Below, piece after piece: positions 10,850 to 25,747 of a stretch of DNA of 64,000 nucleotides. The number at the start of each line of letters is the position of its first letter. Position 1 is the stretch's first letter. This stretch comes from the human T2T-CHM13v2.0 reference genome, Homo sapiens: NCBI RefSeq assembly GCF_009914755.1, contig NC_060946.1; one strand, given 5' to 3'. The notes beneath the pieces are model-generated. The model made no database searches. It saw nothing but the letters and a program-made list of their open reading frames with translations, and was not told the origin of the DNA. Both the position numbers and the translations under genes were made by a program.

Positions 10850-13800
10850 CTAAAGGAGCTTTGTGACATATCTCTGCACTGATCACTTAGGTGATGTAAC
10901 ACTTTTATAATCACTGCCTACAGGGAATTTTGACAAATCTCTGCACTGATCACCTAGGTGATGTAACTCTTGTCTACCCTCTGTCCAACGGGGCATTGTG
11001 AAATATCTCTGCACTGATCACCCAGGTGATTCAACTCTTGACTAGGAACTGCCTACAGAGGTTAATGTGAAATATCTCTGCACTGATAAACTAGGTGGTG
11101 TAACCCTTGTCCAAGCTCTGCCTACAGGGGCGTTTCCACATATCCCTGAACTGATGACAGAGGTGATGTAACTCTTGCCTAGGCTTTGCCTACAGGGAAC
11201 ATTGGACATATATCTGCACTGATCACCCAGGTGATGCAACTCTTGCCTAGGCTTTGCCTACAGGGGACATTGTGACATATCTCTTCAATGATCACTCATG
11301 TGATGCATCTCTTGCCTAGGCTTTGCCTACAGGGGACATTGTGACATATCTCTGCACTGATCTCCCAGGTGCTGTAACTTTAGTCTAGGCTCTGGCTACA
11401 CGGCATTGTGACATATCACTGCACAGATCAACGAGGTGATATAACTCTTGTATAGGCTCTGCATACAGGGGGATTGTGACCTACCTCTGCACTGATCACC
11501 CAGGTGATATAACTCTTCTCTAGGATCTTCCTACAGGGTACTTTGTGACATATCCCTGCACTGATCACCCAGGTGATCTATCTCGGGTCTAAGCTCTGCC
11601 TAAAGGGGCATTGTGACAGATCTCTGCACTGATCACTCAGGTGATGTAAGTATTGTCTAGGCTCTGCTTCAAGGGGCCTTGTCACATATCTCTGCACTGA
11701 TCACCCAGGTGATGTAACTCTTGTCTAGGCTCTGCTTCCAGGGCATATTGTGACATATCTATGCACTGATCACCTTAGTGATGTAACACTTTGGTAGGCT
11801 CGGCCTACAGGGGAATCTTGACATTTCTCTGCACTGTTAACCGAGGTGATTTAACTCTTGTCTAGGCTGTGCCCACACGGGGATTGAGACATATCTCTGC
11901 ACTGATCCCGAGGTGATACAACTCTTGCCTGGTCTCTGCCTACTGTGGACATTGTGACATATCTCTGCACTGATCTCCCAGGTGCTGTAACTTTAGTCTA
12001 GGCTTTGGCTACACGGCATTGTGACATATCACTACACTGATCACCCAGGCGATATAACTCTTCTCTAGGATCTGACCACAGGGTGCTTTGTGACATATCC
12101 CTGCAATGATCACCCAGGTGATATACCACTTGCCAAGGCTCTGCCTACAGGGGCATTGCAATGTATCTCTGCACTGATCACCTAGGTCTTGTAGCTATTT
12201 TCTAGGATCTGCCTACAGGGTGCTTTGTGACGTGTCCCAGCAAGGATTACCCAGGTGATCTACCTCTCATCAAGGCTCTGCCTACAGGCACATTGTGATG
12301 TATCTCTGCACTGATCACCTAGGTCATGTAACTTTTTTCTAGGCTCTACCTACGATGGCATTGTGACATATCTCTGCACTAATCATCCAAGTGATGTAAC
12401 TCTTGTCTAGGATGTGCCTAAATTAACTTTTTGACATAACCCTGTACTGATCATCCAGGTGATGGAGCTTTTGTCTAGGCTCTGCCTAAGGGGGCATTGT
12501 GACATATTTCTGCATTGATCACCCAGGTGGCGAACTCTTCTCTCGGATCTGCCTATTGGGGCATTGTGAGAAATCTCTGCACTGATCACCCATGTGATGT
12601 AACTGTTGTGTAAACTCTGCCTACAGGGGAATTGTGAGAAATCTCGCCACTGATTACCCAAGTGATGTAACCGTTGTCTAGGCTTTGCGTAGAGGGGGCT
12701 TTGTGACATACCTTTGCACTGATCACCCAGGTGATGTAACACATCTTAGTTCGGCCTAAAGGAGCTTTGTGACATATCTCTGCACTGATCGCTTAGGTGA
12801 TGTAACACTTTTATAATCACTGCCTACAGGGAATTTTGACAAATCTCTGCACTGATCACCTAGGTGATGTAACTCTTGTCTACCCTCTGTCCAACGGGGC
12901 ATTGTGAAATATCTCTGCACTGATCACCCAGGTGATTCAACTCTTGACTAGGAACTGCCTACAGAGGTTATTGTGAAATATCTCTGCACTGATAAACTAC
13001 GTGGTGTAACCCTTGTACAAGCTCTGCCTACAGGGGCGTTTCCACATATCACTGAACTGATGACAGAGGTGATGTAACTCTTGCCTAGGCTTTGCCTACA
13101 GGGAACATTGAACATATATCTGCACTGATCACCCAGGTGATGCAACTCTTGCCTAGGCTTTGCCTACAGGGGACATTGTGACATATCTCTTCAATGATCA
13201 CTCATGTGATGCATCTCTTGCCTAGGCTTTGCCTACAGGGGACGTTGTGACATATCTCTGCACTGGTCTCCCAGGTGCTGTAACTTTAGTCTAGGCTCTG
13301 GCTACACGGCATTGTGACATATCACTGCACTGATCAACCAGGCGATATAACTCTTGTATAGACTCTGCCTACAGGGGGATTGTGACCTACCTCTGCACTG
13401 ATCACCCAGGTGATATAACTCTTCTCTATGACCTTCCTACAGGGTACTTTGTGACATATCCCTGCATTGATCACCCAGGTGATCTATCTCTGGTCAAAGC
13501 TCTGCCTAAAGGGGCATTGTGACAGATCTCTGCACTGATCACTCAGGTGATGTAAGTATTGTCTAGGCTCTGCTTCAAGGGGCCTTGTCACATATCTCTG
13601 CACTGATCACCCAGGTGATGTAACTCTTGTCTAGGCTCTGCTTCCAGGGCATATTGTGACATATCTATGCACTGATCACCTTAGTGATGTAACACTTTGG
13701 TAGGCTCGGCCTACAGGGGAATCTTGACATATCTCTGCACTGTTAACCGAGGTGATTTAACTCTTGTCTAGGCTGTGCCCACAGGGGGATTGAGACATAT

Positions 13801-16800
13801 CTCTGCACTGATCCCGAGGTGATACAACTCTTGCCTGGTCTCTGCCTACTGTGGACATTGTGACATATCTCTGCACTGATCTCCCAGGTGCTGTAACTTT
13901 AATCTAGGCTCTGGCTACACGGCATTGTGACATATCACTGCACTGATCACCCAGGCGATATAACTCTTCTCTAGGATCTGACCACAGGGTGCTTTGTGAC
14001 ACATCCCTGCAATGATCACCCAGGTGATATACCACTTGCCAAGGCTCTGCCTACAGGGGCATTGCAATGTATCTCTGCACTGATCACCTAGGTCTTGTAG
14101 CTATTTTCTAGGATCTGCCTACAGGGTGCTTTGTGACGTGTCCCAGCAAGGATTACCCAGGTGATGTACCTCTCATCAAGGCTCTGCCTACAGGCACATT
14201 GTGATGTATCTCTGCACTGATCACCTAGGTCATGTAAATTTTGTCTAGTCTCTACCTACGATGGCATTGTGACATATCTCTGCACTAATCATCCAAGTGA
14301 TGTAACTCTTGTCTAGGATGTGCCTAATTTAACTTTTTGACATAACCCTGTACTGATCATCCAGGTGATGGAGCTTTTGTCTAGGCTCTGCCTAAGGGGG
14401 CATTGTGACATATTTCTGCATTGACCACCCAGGTGGCGAACTCTTCTCTGGGATCTGCCTATGGGGGCATTGTGAGAAATCTCTGCACTGATCACCCAGG
14501 TGATGTAACTGTTGTGTAACCTCTGCCTACAGGGGAATTGTGAGAGATCTCGTCACTGATTACCCAAGTGATGTAACCGTTGTCTAGGCTTTGCATACAG
14601 GGGGCTTTGAGACATACCTTTGCACTGATCACTCAGATGATGTAACACATCTAAGTTCGGCCTAAAGGAGCTTTGTGAAATACCTCTGCACTGATCACTT
14701 AGCTGATGTAACACTTTTATAATCACTGCCTACAGGGAATTTTGACAAATCTCTGCACTGATCACCTAGGTGATGTAACTCTTGTCTACCCTCTGTCCAG
14801 CGGGGCATTGTGAAATATCTCTGCACTGATCATCCAGGTGATTCAACTCTTGACTAGGAACTGCCTACAGAGGTTATTGTGAAATATCTCTGCACTGATA
14901 AACTAGGTGGTGTAACCCTTGTCCAAGCTCTGCCTACAGGGGCGTTTCCACATATCCCTGAACTGATGACAGAGGTGATGTAACTCTTGCCTAGGCTTTG
15001 CCTATAGGGAACATTGGACATATATCTGCACTGATCACCCAGGTGATGCAACTCTTGCCTAGGCTTTGCCTACAGGGGACATTGTGACATATCTCTTCAA
15101 TGATCACTCATGTGATGCATCTCTTGCCTAGGCTTTGCCTACAGGGGACATTGTGACATATCTCTGCACTGATCTCCCAGGTGCTGTAACTTTAGTCTAG
15201 GCTCTGGCTACACGGCATTGTGACATATCACTGCACTGATCAACCAGGTGATATAACTCTTGTATAGGCTCTGCCTACAGGGGGATTGTGACCTACCTCT
15301 GCACTGATCACCCAGGTGATATAACTCTTCTCTAGCACCTTCCTACAGGGTACTTTGTGACATATCCCTGCAATGATCACCCAGGTGATCTATCTCTAGT
15401 CTAAGCTCTGCCTAAAGGGGCATTGTGACAGATCTCTGCACGGATCACTCAGGTGATGTAAGTATTGTCTAGGCTCTGCTTCAAGGGGCCTTTTCACATA
15501 TCCCTGCACTGATCACCCAGGTGATGTAACTCTTGTCTAGGCTCTGCTTCCAGGGCATATTGTGACATATCTATGCACTGATCACCTTAGTGATGTAACA
15601 CTTTGGTAGGCTCGGCCTACCGGGGAATCTTGACATATCTCTGCACTGTTAACCGAGGTGATTTAACACTTGTCTAGGCAGTGCCCACAGGGGGATTGAG
15701 GCATATCTCTGCACTGATCCCGAGGTGATACAACTCTTGCCTGGTCTCTGCCTACTGTGGACATTGTGACATATCTCTGCACTGATCTCCCAGGTGCTGT
15801 AACTTTAGTCTAGGCTCTGGCTACACGGCATTGTGACATATAACTGCACTGAACACCCAGGCGATATAACTCTTCTCTAGGATCTGTCCACAGGGTGCTT
15901 TGTGACATATCCCTGCAATGATCACCCAGGTGATATACCACTTGCCAAGGCTCTGCCTACAGGGGCATTGCAATGTATCTCTGCACTGATCACCTAGGTC
16001 TTGTAGCTATTTTCTAGGATCTGCCTACAGGGTGCTTTGTGACGTGTCCCAGCAAGGATTACCCAGGTGATGTACCTCTCATCAAGGCTCTGCCTACAGG
16101 CACATTGTGATGTATCTCTGCACTGATCACCTAGGTCATGTAACTTTTTTCTAGGCTCTACCTACGATGGCATTGTGACATATCTCTGCACTAATCATCC
16201 AAGTGATGTAACTCTTGTCTAGGATGTGCCTAAATTAACTTTTTGACATAACCCTGTACTGATCATCCAGGTGATGGAGCTTTTGTCTAGGCTCTGCCTA
16301 AGGGGGCATTGTGACATATTTCTGCATTGATCACCCAGGTGGCGAACTCTTCTCTGGGATCTGCCTATGGGGGCATTGTGAGAAATCTCTGCACTGATCA
16401 ACCAGGTGATGTAACTGTTGTGTAACCTCTGCCTACAGGGGAATTGTGAGAGATCTCGTCACTGATTACCCAAGTGATGTAACCGTTGTCTAGGCTTTGC
16501 ATACAGGGGGCTTTGTGACATACCTTTGCACTGATCACCCACGTGATGTAACACATCTAAGTTCGGTCAAAAGGAGCTTTGTGACATATCTCTGCACTGA
16601 TCACTTAGGTGATGTAACACTTTTATAATCACTGCCTACAGGGAATTTTGACAAATCTCTGCACTGATCACCTAGGTGATGTAACTCTTGTCTACCCTCT
16701 GTCCAACGGGGCATTGTGAAATATCTCTGCACTGATCACCCAGGTGATTCAACTCTTGACTAGGAACTGCCTACAGAGGTTATTGTGAAATATCTCTGCA

Positions 16801-19800
16801 CTGATAAACTAGGTGGTGTAACCCTTGTCCAAGCTCTGCCTACAGGGGCGTTTCCACATATCCCTGAACTGATGACAGAGGTGATGTAACTCTTGCCTAG
16901 GCTTTGCCTACAGGGAACATTGGACATATATCTGCACTGATCACCCAGGTGATGCAACTCTTGCCTTGGCTTTGCCTACAGGGGACATTGTGACATATCT
17001 CTTCAATGATCACTCATGTGATGCATCTCTTGCCTAGGCTTTGCCTACAGGGGACATTGTGACATATCTCTGCACTGATCTCCCAGGTGCTGTAACTTTA
17101 GTCTAGGCTCTGGCTACACGGCATTGTGACATATCACTGCACAGATCAACGAGGTGATATAATTCTTGTATAGGCTCTGCATACAGGGTGATTGTGACCT
17201 ACCTCTGCACTGATCACCCAGGTGATATAACTCTTCTCTAGGATCTTCCTACAGCGTACTTTGTGACATATCCCTGCACTGATCACCCAGGTGATCTATC
17301 TCGGGTCTAAGCTCTGCCTAAAGGGGCATTGTGACAGATCTCTGCACTGATCACTCAGGTGATGTAAGTATTGTCTAGGCTCTGCTTCAAGGGGCCTTGT
17401 CACATATCTCTGCACTGATCACCCAGGTGATGTAACTCTTGTCTGGGCTCTGCTTCCAGGGCATATTGTGACATATCTATGCACTGATCACCTTAGTGAT
17501 GTAACACTTTGGTAGGCTCGGCCTACAGGGAAATCTTGACATATCTCTGCACTGTTAACCGAGGTGATTTAACTCTTGTCTAGGCTGTGCCCACACGGGG
17601 ATTGAGACATATCTCTGCACTGATCCCGAGGTGATACAACTCTTGCCTGGTCTCTGCCTACTGTGGACATTGTGACATATCTCTGCACTGATCTCCCAGG
17701 TGCTGTAACTTTAGTCTAGGCTCTGGCTACACGGCATTGTGACATATCACTACACTGATCACCCAGGCGATATAACTCTTCTCTAGGATCTGACCACAGG
17801 GTGCTTTGTGACATATCCCTGCAATGATCACCCAGGTGATATACCACTTGCCAAGGCTCTGCCTACAGGGGCATTGCAATGTATCTCTGCACTGATCACC
17901 TAGGTCTTGTAGCTATTTTCTAGGATCTGCCTACAGGGTGCTTTGTGACGTGTCCCAGCAAGGATTACCCAGGTGATGTACCTCTCATCAAGGCTCTGCC
18001 TACAGGCACATTGTGATGTATCTCTGCACTGATCACCTAGGTCATGTAACTTTTTTCTAGGCTCTACCTACGATGGCATTGTGACATATCTCTGCACTAA
18101 TCATCCAAGTGATGTAACTCTTGTCTAGGATGTGCCTAAATTAACTTTTTGACATAACGCTGTACTGATCATCCAGGTGATGGAGCTTTTGTCTAGGCTC
18201 TGCCTAAGGGGGCATTGTGACATATTTCTGCATTGATCCCCCAGGTGGCGAACTCTTCTCTCGGATCTGCCTATGGGGGCATTGTGAGAAATCTCTGCAC
18301 TGATCACCCATGTGATGTAACTGTTGTGTAAACTCTGCCTACAGGGGAATTGTGAGAAATCTCGCCACTGATTACCTAAGTGATGTAACCGTTGTCTAGG
18401 CTTTGCGTAGAGGGGGCTTTGTGACATACCTTTGCACTGATCACCCAGGTGATGTAACACATCTTAGTTCGGCCTAAAGGAGCTTTGTGACATATCTCTG
18501 CACTGATTGCTTAGGTGATGTAACACTTTTATAATCACTGCCTACAGGGAATTTTGACAAATCTCTGCACTGATCACCTAGGTGATGTAACTCTTGTCTA
18601 CCCTCTGTCCAACGGGGCATTGTGAAATATCTCTGCACTGATCACCCAGGTGATTCAACTCTTGACTAGGAACTGCCTACAGAGGTTATTGTGAAATATC
18701 TCTGCACTGATAAACTAGGTGGTGTAACCCTTGTCCAAGCTCTGCCTACAGGGGCGTTTCCACATATCACTGAACTGATGACAGAGGTGATGTAACTCTT
18801 GCCTAGGCTTTGCCTACAGGGAACATTGGACATATATCTGCACTGATCACCCAGGTGATGCAACTCTTGCCTAGGCTTTGCCTACAGGGGACATTGTGAC
18901 ATATCTCTTCAATGATCACTCATGTGATGCATCTCTTGCCTAGGCTTTGCCTACAGGGGACGTTGTGACATATCTCTGCACTGGTCTCCCAGGTGCTGTA
19001 ACTTTAGTCTAGGCTCTGGCTACACGGCATTGTGACATATCACTGCACTGATCAACCAGGTGATATAACTCTTGTATAGGCTCTGCCTACAGGGGGATTG
19101 TGACCTACCTCTGCACTGATCACCCAGGTGATATAACTCTTCTCTAGGCCCTTCCTACAGGGTACTTTGTGACATATCCCTGCATTGATCACCCAGGTGA
19201 TCTATCTCTGGTCTAAGCTCTGCCTAAAGGGGCATTGTGACAGATCTCTGCACTGATCACTCAGGTGATGTAAGTATTGTCTAGGCTCTGCTTCAAGGGG
19301 CCTTGTCACATATCTCTGCACTGATCACCCAGGTGATGTAACTCTTGTCTAGGCTCTGCTTCCAGGGCATATTGTGACATATCTATGCACTGATCACCTT
19401 AGTGATGTAACACTTTGGTAGGCTCGGCCTACAGGGGAATCTTGACATATCTCTGCACTGTTAACCGAGGTGATTTAACTCTTGTCTAGGCTGTGCCCAC
19501 AGGGGGATTGAGACATATCTCTGCACTGATCCCGAGGTGATACAACTCTTGCCTGGTCTCTGCCTACTGTGGACATTGTGACATATCTCTGCACTGATCT
19601 CCCAGGTGCTGTAACTTTAATCTAGGCTCTGGCTACACGGCATTGTGACATATCACTGCACTGATCACCCAGGCGATATAACTCTTCTCTAGGATCTGAC
19701 CACAGGGTGCTTTGTGACACATCCCTGCAATGATCACCCAGGTGATATACCACTTGCCAAGGCTCTGCCTACAGGGGCATTGCAATGTATCTCTGCACTG

Positions 19801-21400
19801 ATCACCTAGGTCTTGTAGCTATTTTCTAGGATCTGCCTACAGGGTGCTTTGTGACGTGTCCCAGCAAGGATTACCCAGGTGATGTACCTCTCATCAAGGC
19901 TCTGCCTACAGGCACATTGTGATGTATCTCTGCACTGATCACCTAGGTCATGTAAATTTTGTCTAGTCTCTACCTACGATGGCATTGTGACATATCTCTG
20001 CACTAATCATCCAAGTGATGTAACTCTTGTCTAGGATGTGCCTAATTTAACTTTTTGACATAACCCTGTACTGATCATCCAGGTGATGGAGCTTTTGTCT
20101 AGGCTCTGCCTAAGGGGGCATTGTGACATATTTCTGCATTGATCACCCAGGTGGCGAACTCTTCTCTGGGATCTGCCTATGGGGGCATTGTGAGAAATCT
20201 CTGCACTGATCACCCAGGTGATGTAACTGTTGTGTAACCTCTGCCTACAGGGGAATTGTGTGAGATCTCGTCACTGATTACCCAAGTGATGTAACCGTTG
20301 TCTAGGCTTTGCATACAGGGGGCTTTGAGACATACCTTTGCACTGATCACTCAGATGATGTAACACATCTAAGTTCGGCCTAAAGGAGCTTTGTGAAATA
20401 CCTCTGCACTGATCACTTAGCTGATGTAACACTTTTATAATCACTGCCTACAGGGAATTTTGACAAATCTCTGCACTGATCACCTAGGTGATGTAACTCT
20501 TGTCTACCCTCTGTCCAGCGGGGCATTGTGAAATATCTCTGCACTGATCACCCAGGTGATTCAACTCTTGACTAGGAACTGCCTACAGAGGTTATTGTGA
20601 AATATCTCTGCACTGATAAACTAGGTGGTGTAACCCTTGTCCAAGCTCTGCCTACAGGGGCGTTTCCACATATCCCTGAACTGATGACAGAGGTGATGTA
20701 ACTCTTGCCTAGGCTTTGCCTACAGGGAACATTGGACATATATCTGCACTGATCACCCAGGTGATGCAACTCTTGCCTAGGCTTTGCCTACAGGGGACAT
20801 TGTGACATATCTCTTCAATGATCACTCATGTGATGCATCTCTTGCCTAGGCTTTGCCTACAGGGGACATTGTGACATATCTCTGCACTGATCTCCCAGGT
20901 GCTGTAACTTTAGTCTAGGCTCTGGCTACACGGTATTGTGACATATCACTGCACTGATCAACCAGGTGATATAACTCTTGTATAGGCTCTGCCTACAGGG
21001 GGATTGTGACCTACCTCTGCACTGATCACCCAGGTGATATAACTCTTCTCTAGCACCTTCCTACAGGGTACTTTGTGACATATCCCTGCATTGATCACCC
21101 AGGTGATCTATCTCTAGTCTAAGCTCTGCCTAAAGGGGCATTGTGACAGATCTCTGCACGGATCACTCAGGTGATGTAAGTATTGTCTAGGCTCTGCTTC
21201 AAGGGGCCTTTTCACATATCCCTGCACTGATCACCCAGGTGATGTAACTCTTGTCTAGGCTCTGCTTCCAGGGCATATTGTGACATATCTATGCACTGAT
21301 CACCTTAGTGATGTAACACTTTGGTAGGCTCGGCCTACAGGGGAATCTTGACATATTTCTGCACTGTTAACCGAGGTGATTTAACTCTTGTCTAGGCAGT
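10850..21400 (+). repeat. Near-tandem duplication with a period of three HOR units (5718 bp)
   Basis: Private variants recur at a 5718-bp offset: TCGGGTCT (~11583/17301), CCACACGGGG (~11873/17591), CATCTTAG (~12742/18460), CCTAATTT (~14323/20041), CTCAGATGA (~14632/20350), GCACGGATC (~15438/21156). Boundaries are approximate. Confidence 0.85.
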
Positions 21401-24400
21401 GCCCACAGGGGGATTGAGACATATCTCTGCACTGATCCCGAGGTGATACAACTCTTGCCTGGTCTCTGCCTACTGTGGACATTGTGACATATCTCTGCAC
21501 TGATCTCCCAGGTGCTGTAACTTTAGTCTAGGCTCTGGCTACACGGCATTGTGACATATCACTGCACTGATCACCCAGGCGATATAACTCTTCTCTAGGA
21601 TCTGACCACAGGGTGCTTTGTGACATATCCCTGCAATGATCACCCAGGTGATATACCACTTGCCACGGCTCTGCCTACAGGGGCATTGCAATGTATCTCT
21701 GCACTGATCACCTAGGTCTTGTAGCTATTTTCTAGGATCTGCCTACAGGGTGCTTTGTGACGTGTCCCAGCAAGGATTACCCAGGTGATGTACCTCTCAT
21801 CAAGGCTCTGCCTACAGGCACATTGTGATGTATCTCTGCACTGATCACCTAGGTCATGTAAATTTTGTCTAGGCCCTACCTACGGTGGCATTCTGACATA
21901 TCTCTGCTCTAATCATCCAAGTGATGTAACTCTTGTCTAGGATGTGCCTAAATTAACTTTTTGACATAACCCTGTACTGATCATCCGGGTGATGGAGCTT
22001 TTGTCTAGGCTCTGCCTAAGGAGGCATTGTGACATATTTCTGCATTGATTACCCAGGTGGCGAACTCTTCTCTCGGATCTGCCCATGGGGGCATTGTGAG
22101 AAATCTCTGCACTGATCACCCAGGTGATGTAACTGTTGTGTAAACTCTGCCTACAGGGGAATTGTGAGAGATCTCGCCACTGATTACCCAAGTGATGTAA
22201 CCGTTGTCTAGGCTTTGCGTACAGGGGGCTTTGTGACATACCTTTGCACTGATCACCCAGGTGATGTAACACATCTAAGTTCGGCCTAAAGGAGCTTTGT
22301 GACATATCTCTGCACTGATCACTTAGGTGATGTAACACTTTTATAATCACTGCCTATAGGGAATTTTGACAAATCTCTGCACTGATCACCTAGGTGACGT
22401 AACTCTTGTCTACCCTCTGTCCAACGGGGCATTGTGAAATATCTCTGCACTGATTACCCAGGTGATTCAACTCTTGACTAGGAACTGCCTACAGAGGTTA
22501 TTGTGAAATATCTCTGCACTGATAAACTAGGTGGTGTAACCCTTGTCCAAGCTCTGCCTACAGGGACGTTTCCACATATCCCTGAACTGATGACAGAGGT
22601 GATGTAACTCTTGCCTAGGCTTTGCCTACAGGGAACATTGGACATATATCTGCACTGATCACCCAGGTGATGCAACTCTTGCCTAGGCTTTGCCTACAGG
22701 GGACATTGTGACATATCTCTTCAATGATCACTCATGTGATGCATCTCTTGCCTAGGCTTTGCCTACAGGGGACATTGTGACATATCTCTGCACTGATCTC
22801 CCAGGTGCTGTAACTTTAGTCTAGGCTCTGGCTACACGGCATTGTGACATATCACTGCACTGATCAACCAGGTGATATAACTCTTGTATAGGCTCTGCCT
22901 ACAGGGGGATTTTGACCTACCTCTGCACTGATCACCCAGGTGATATAACTCTTCTCTAGGATCTTCCTACAGGGTACTTTGTGACATATCCCTGCACTGA
23001 TCACCCATGTGATCTATCTCTGGTCTAAGCTCTCCCTAAAGGGGCATTGTGACAGATCTATGCACTGATCACTCAGGTGATGTAAGTATTGTCTAGGCTC
23101 TGCTTCAAGGGGCCTTGTCAGATATCTCTAAACTGATCACCCAGGGGATGTAACTCTTGTCTAGGCTCTGCTTCCAGGGCATATTGTGACATATCTATGC
23201 ACTGATCACCTTAGTGATGTAACACTTTGGTAGGCTCGGCCTACAGGGGAATCTTGACATATCTCTGCACTGTTAACCGAGGTGATTTAACTCTTGTCTA
23301 GGCTGTGCCCACAGGGGGATTGAGACATATCTCTGCTCTGATCCCGAGGTGATACAACTCTTGCCTGGTCTCTGCCTACTGTGGACATTGTGACATATCT
23401 CTGCACTGATCTCCGAGGTGCTGTAACTTTAGTCTAGGCTCTGGCTACACGGCATTGTGACATATCACTGCACTGATCACCCAGGCGATATAACAATCCT
23501 CTAGGATCTGACCACAGGGTGCTTTGTGACATATCCCTGCAATGATCACCCAGGTGATATACCACTTGCCAAGGCTCTGCCTACAGGGGCATTGCAATGT
23601 ATCTCTGCACTGATCACATAGGTCTTGTAGCTATTTTCTAGGATCTGCCTACAGGGTGCATTGTGACGTGTCCCAGCAAGGATTACTCAGGTGATGTACC
23701 TCTCATCAAGGCTCTGCCTACAGGCACATTGTGATGTATCTCTGCACTGATCACCTAGGTCATGTAACTTTTTTCTAGGCTCTACCTACGATGGCATTGT
23801 GACATATCTCTGCACTAATCATCCAAGTGATGTAACTCTTCTCTAGGATGTGCCTAAATTAACTTTTTGACATAACCCTGTACTGATCATCCAGGTGATG
23901 GAGCTTTTGTCTAGGCTCTGCCTAAGGGGGCATTGTGACATATTTTTGCATTGATCACCCAGGTGGCGAACTCTTCTCTCGGATCTGCTATGGGGGCATT
24001 GTGAGAAATCTCTGCACTGATCACCCAGGTGATGTAACTGTTGTGTAACCTCTGCCTACAGGGGAATTGTGAGAGATCTCGTCACTGATTACCCAAGTGA
24101 TGTAACCGTTGTCTAGGCATTGCATACAGGGGGCTTTGTGACATACCTTTGCACTGATCACCCAGGTGATGTAACACATCTAACTTCGGCCTAAAGGAGC
24201 TTTGTGACATATCTCTGCACTGATCTCTTAGGTGATGTAACACTTTTATAATCACTGTCTACAGGGAATTTTGACAAATCTCTGCACTGATCACCTAGGT
24301 GATGTAACTGTTGTCTACCCTCTGTCCAACGGGGCGTTGTGAAATATCTCTGCACAGATCACCCAGGTGATTCAACTCTTGACTAGGAGCTGCCTACAGA

Positions 24401-25747
24401 GGTTATTGTGAAATATCTCTGCACTGAAAAACTATGTGGTGTAACCCTTGTCCAAGCTCTGCCTACAGGGGCGTTTCCACATATCCCTGAACTGATGACA
24501 GAGGTGATGTAACTCTTGCCTAGGCTTTGCCTACAGGGAACATTGGACATATATCTGCACTGATCACCCAGGTGATGCAACTCTTGCCTAGGCTTTGCCT
24601 ACAGGGGACATTGTGACATATCTCTTCAGTGATCACTCATGTGATGCATCTCTTGCCTAGGCTTTGCCTACAGGGGACATTGTGACATATCTCTGCACTG
24701 ATCTCCCAGGTGCTGTAACTTTAGTCTAGGCTCCGGCTACACGGCATTGTGACATATCACTGCACTGATCAACCAGGTGATATAACTCTTGTATAGGCTC
24801 TGCCTACAGGGGGATTGTGACCTACCTCTGCACTGATCACCCAGGTGATATAACTCTTCTCTAGGATCTTCCTACAGGGTACTTTGTGACATATCCCTGC
24901 ACTGATCACCCAGGTGATCTATCTCTGGTCTAAGCTCTGCCTAAAGGGGCATTGTGACAGATCTCTGCACTGATCACTCAGGTGATGTAAGTATTGTCTA
25001 GGCTCTGCTTCAAGGGGCCTTGTCACATATCTCTGCACTGATCACCCAGGTGATGTAACTCTTGTCTAGGCTCTGCTTCCAGGGCATATTGTGACATATC
25101 TATGCACTGATCACCTTAGTGATGTAACACTTTGGTAGGCTCGGCCTACAGGGGAATCTTGACATATCTCTGCACTGTTAACCGAGGTGATTTAACTCTT
25201 GTCTAGGCTGTGCCCACAGGGGGATTGAGACATATCTCTGCACTGATCCCGAGGTGATACAACTCTTGCCTGGTCTCTGCCTACTGTGGACATTGTGACA
25301 TATCTCTGCACTGATCTCCCAGGTGCTGTAACTTTAGTCTAGGCTCTGGCTACACGGCATTGTGACATATCACTGCACTGATCACCCAGGCGATATAACT
25401 CTTCTCTAGGATCTGACCACAGGGTGCTTTCTGACATATCCCTGCAATAATCACCCAGGTGATATACCACTTGCCAAGGCTCTGCCTACAGGGGCATTGC
25501 AATGTATCTCTGCACTGATCACCTAGGTCTTGTAGCTATTTTCTAGGATCTGCCTACAGGGTGCTTTGTGACGTGTCCCAGCAAGGATTACCCAGGTGAT
25601 GTACCTCTCATCAAGGCTCTGCCTACAGGCACATTGTGATGTATCTCTGCACTGATCACCTAGGTCATGTAACTTTTTTCTAGGCTCTACCTACGATGGC
25701 ATTGTGACATATCTCTGCAGTAATCATCCAAGTGATGTAACTCTTGT

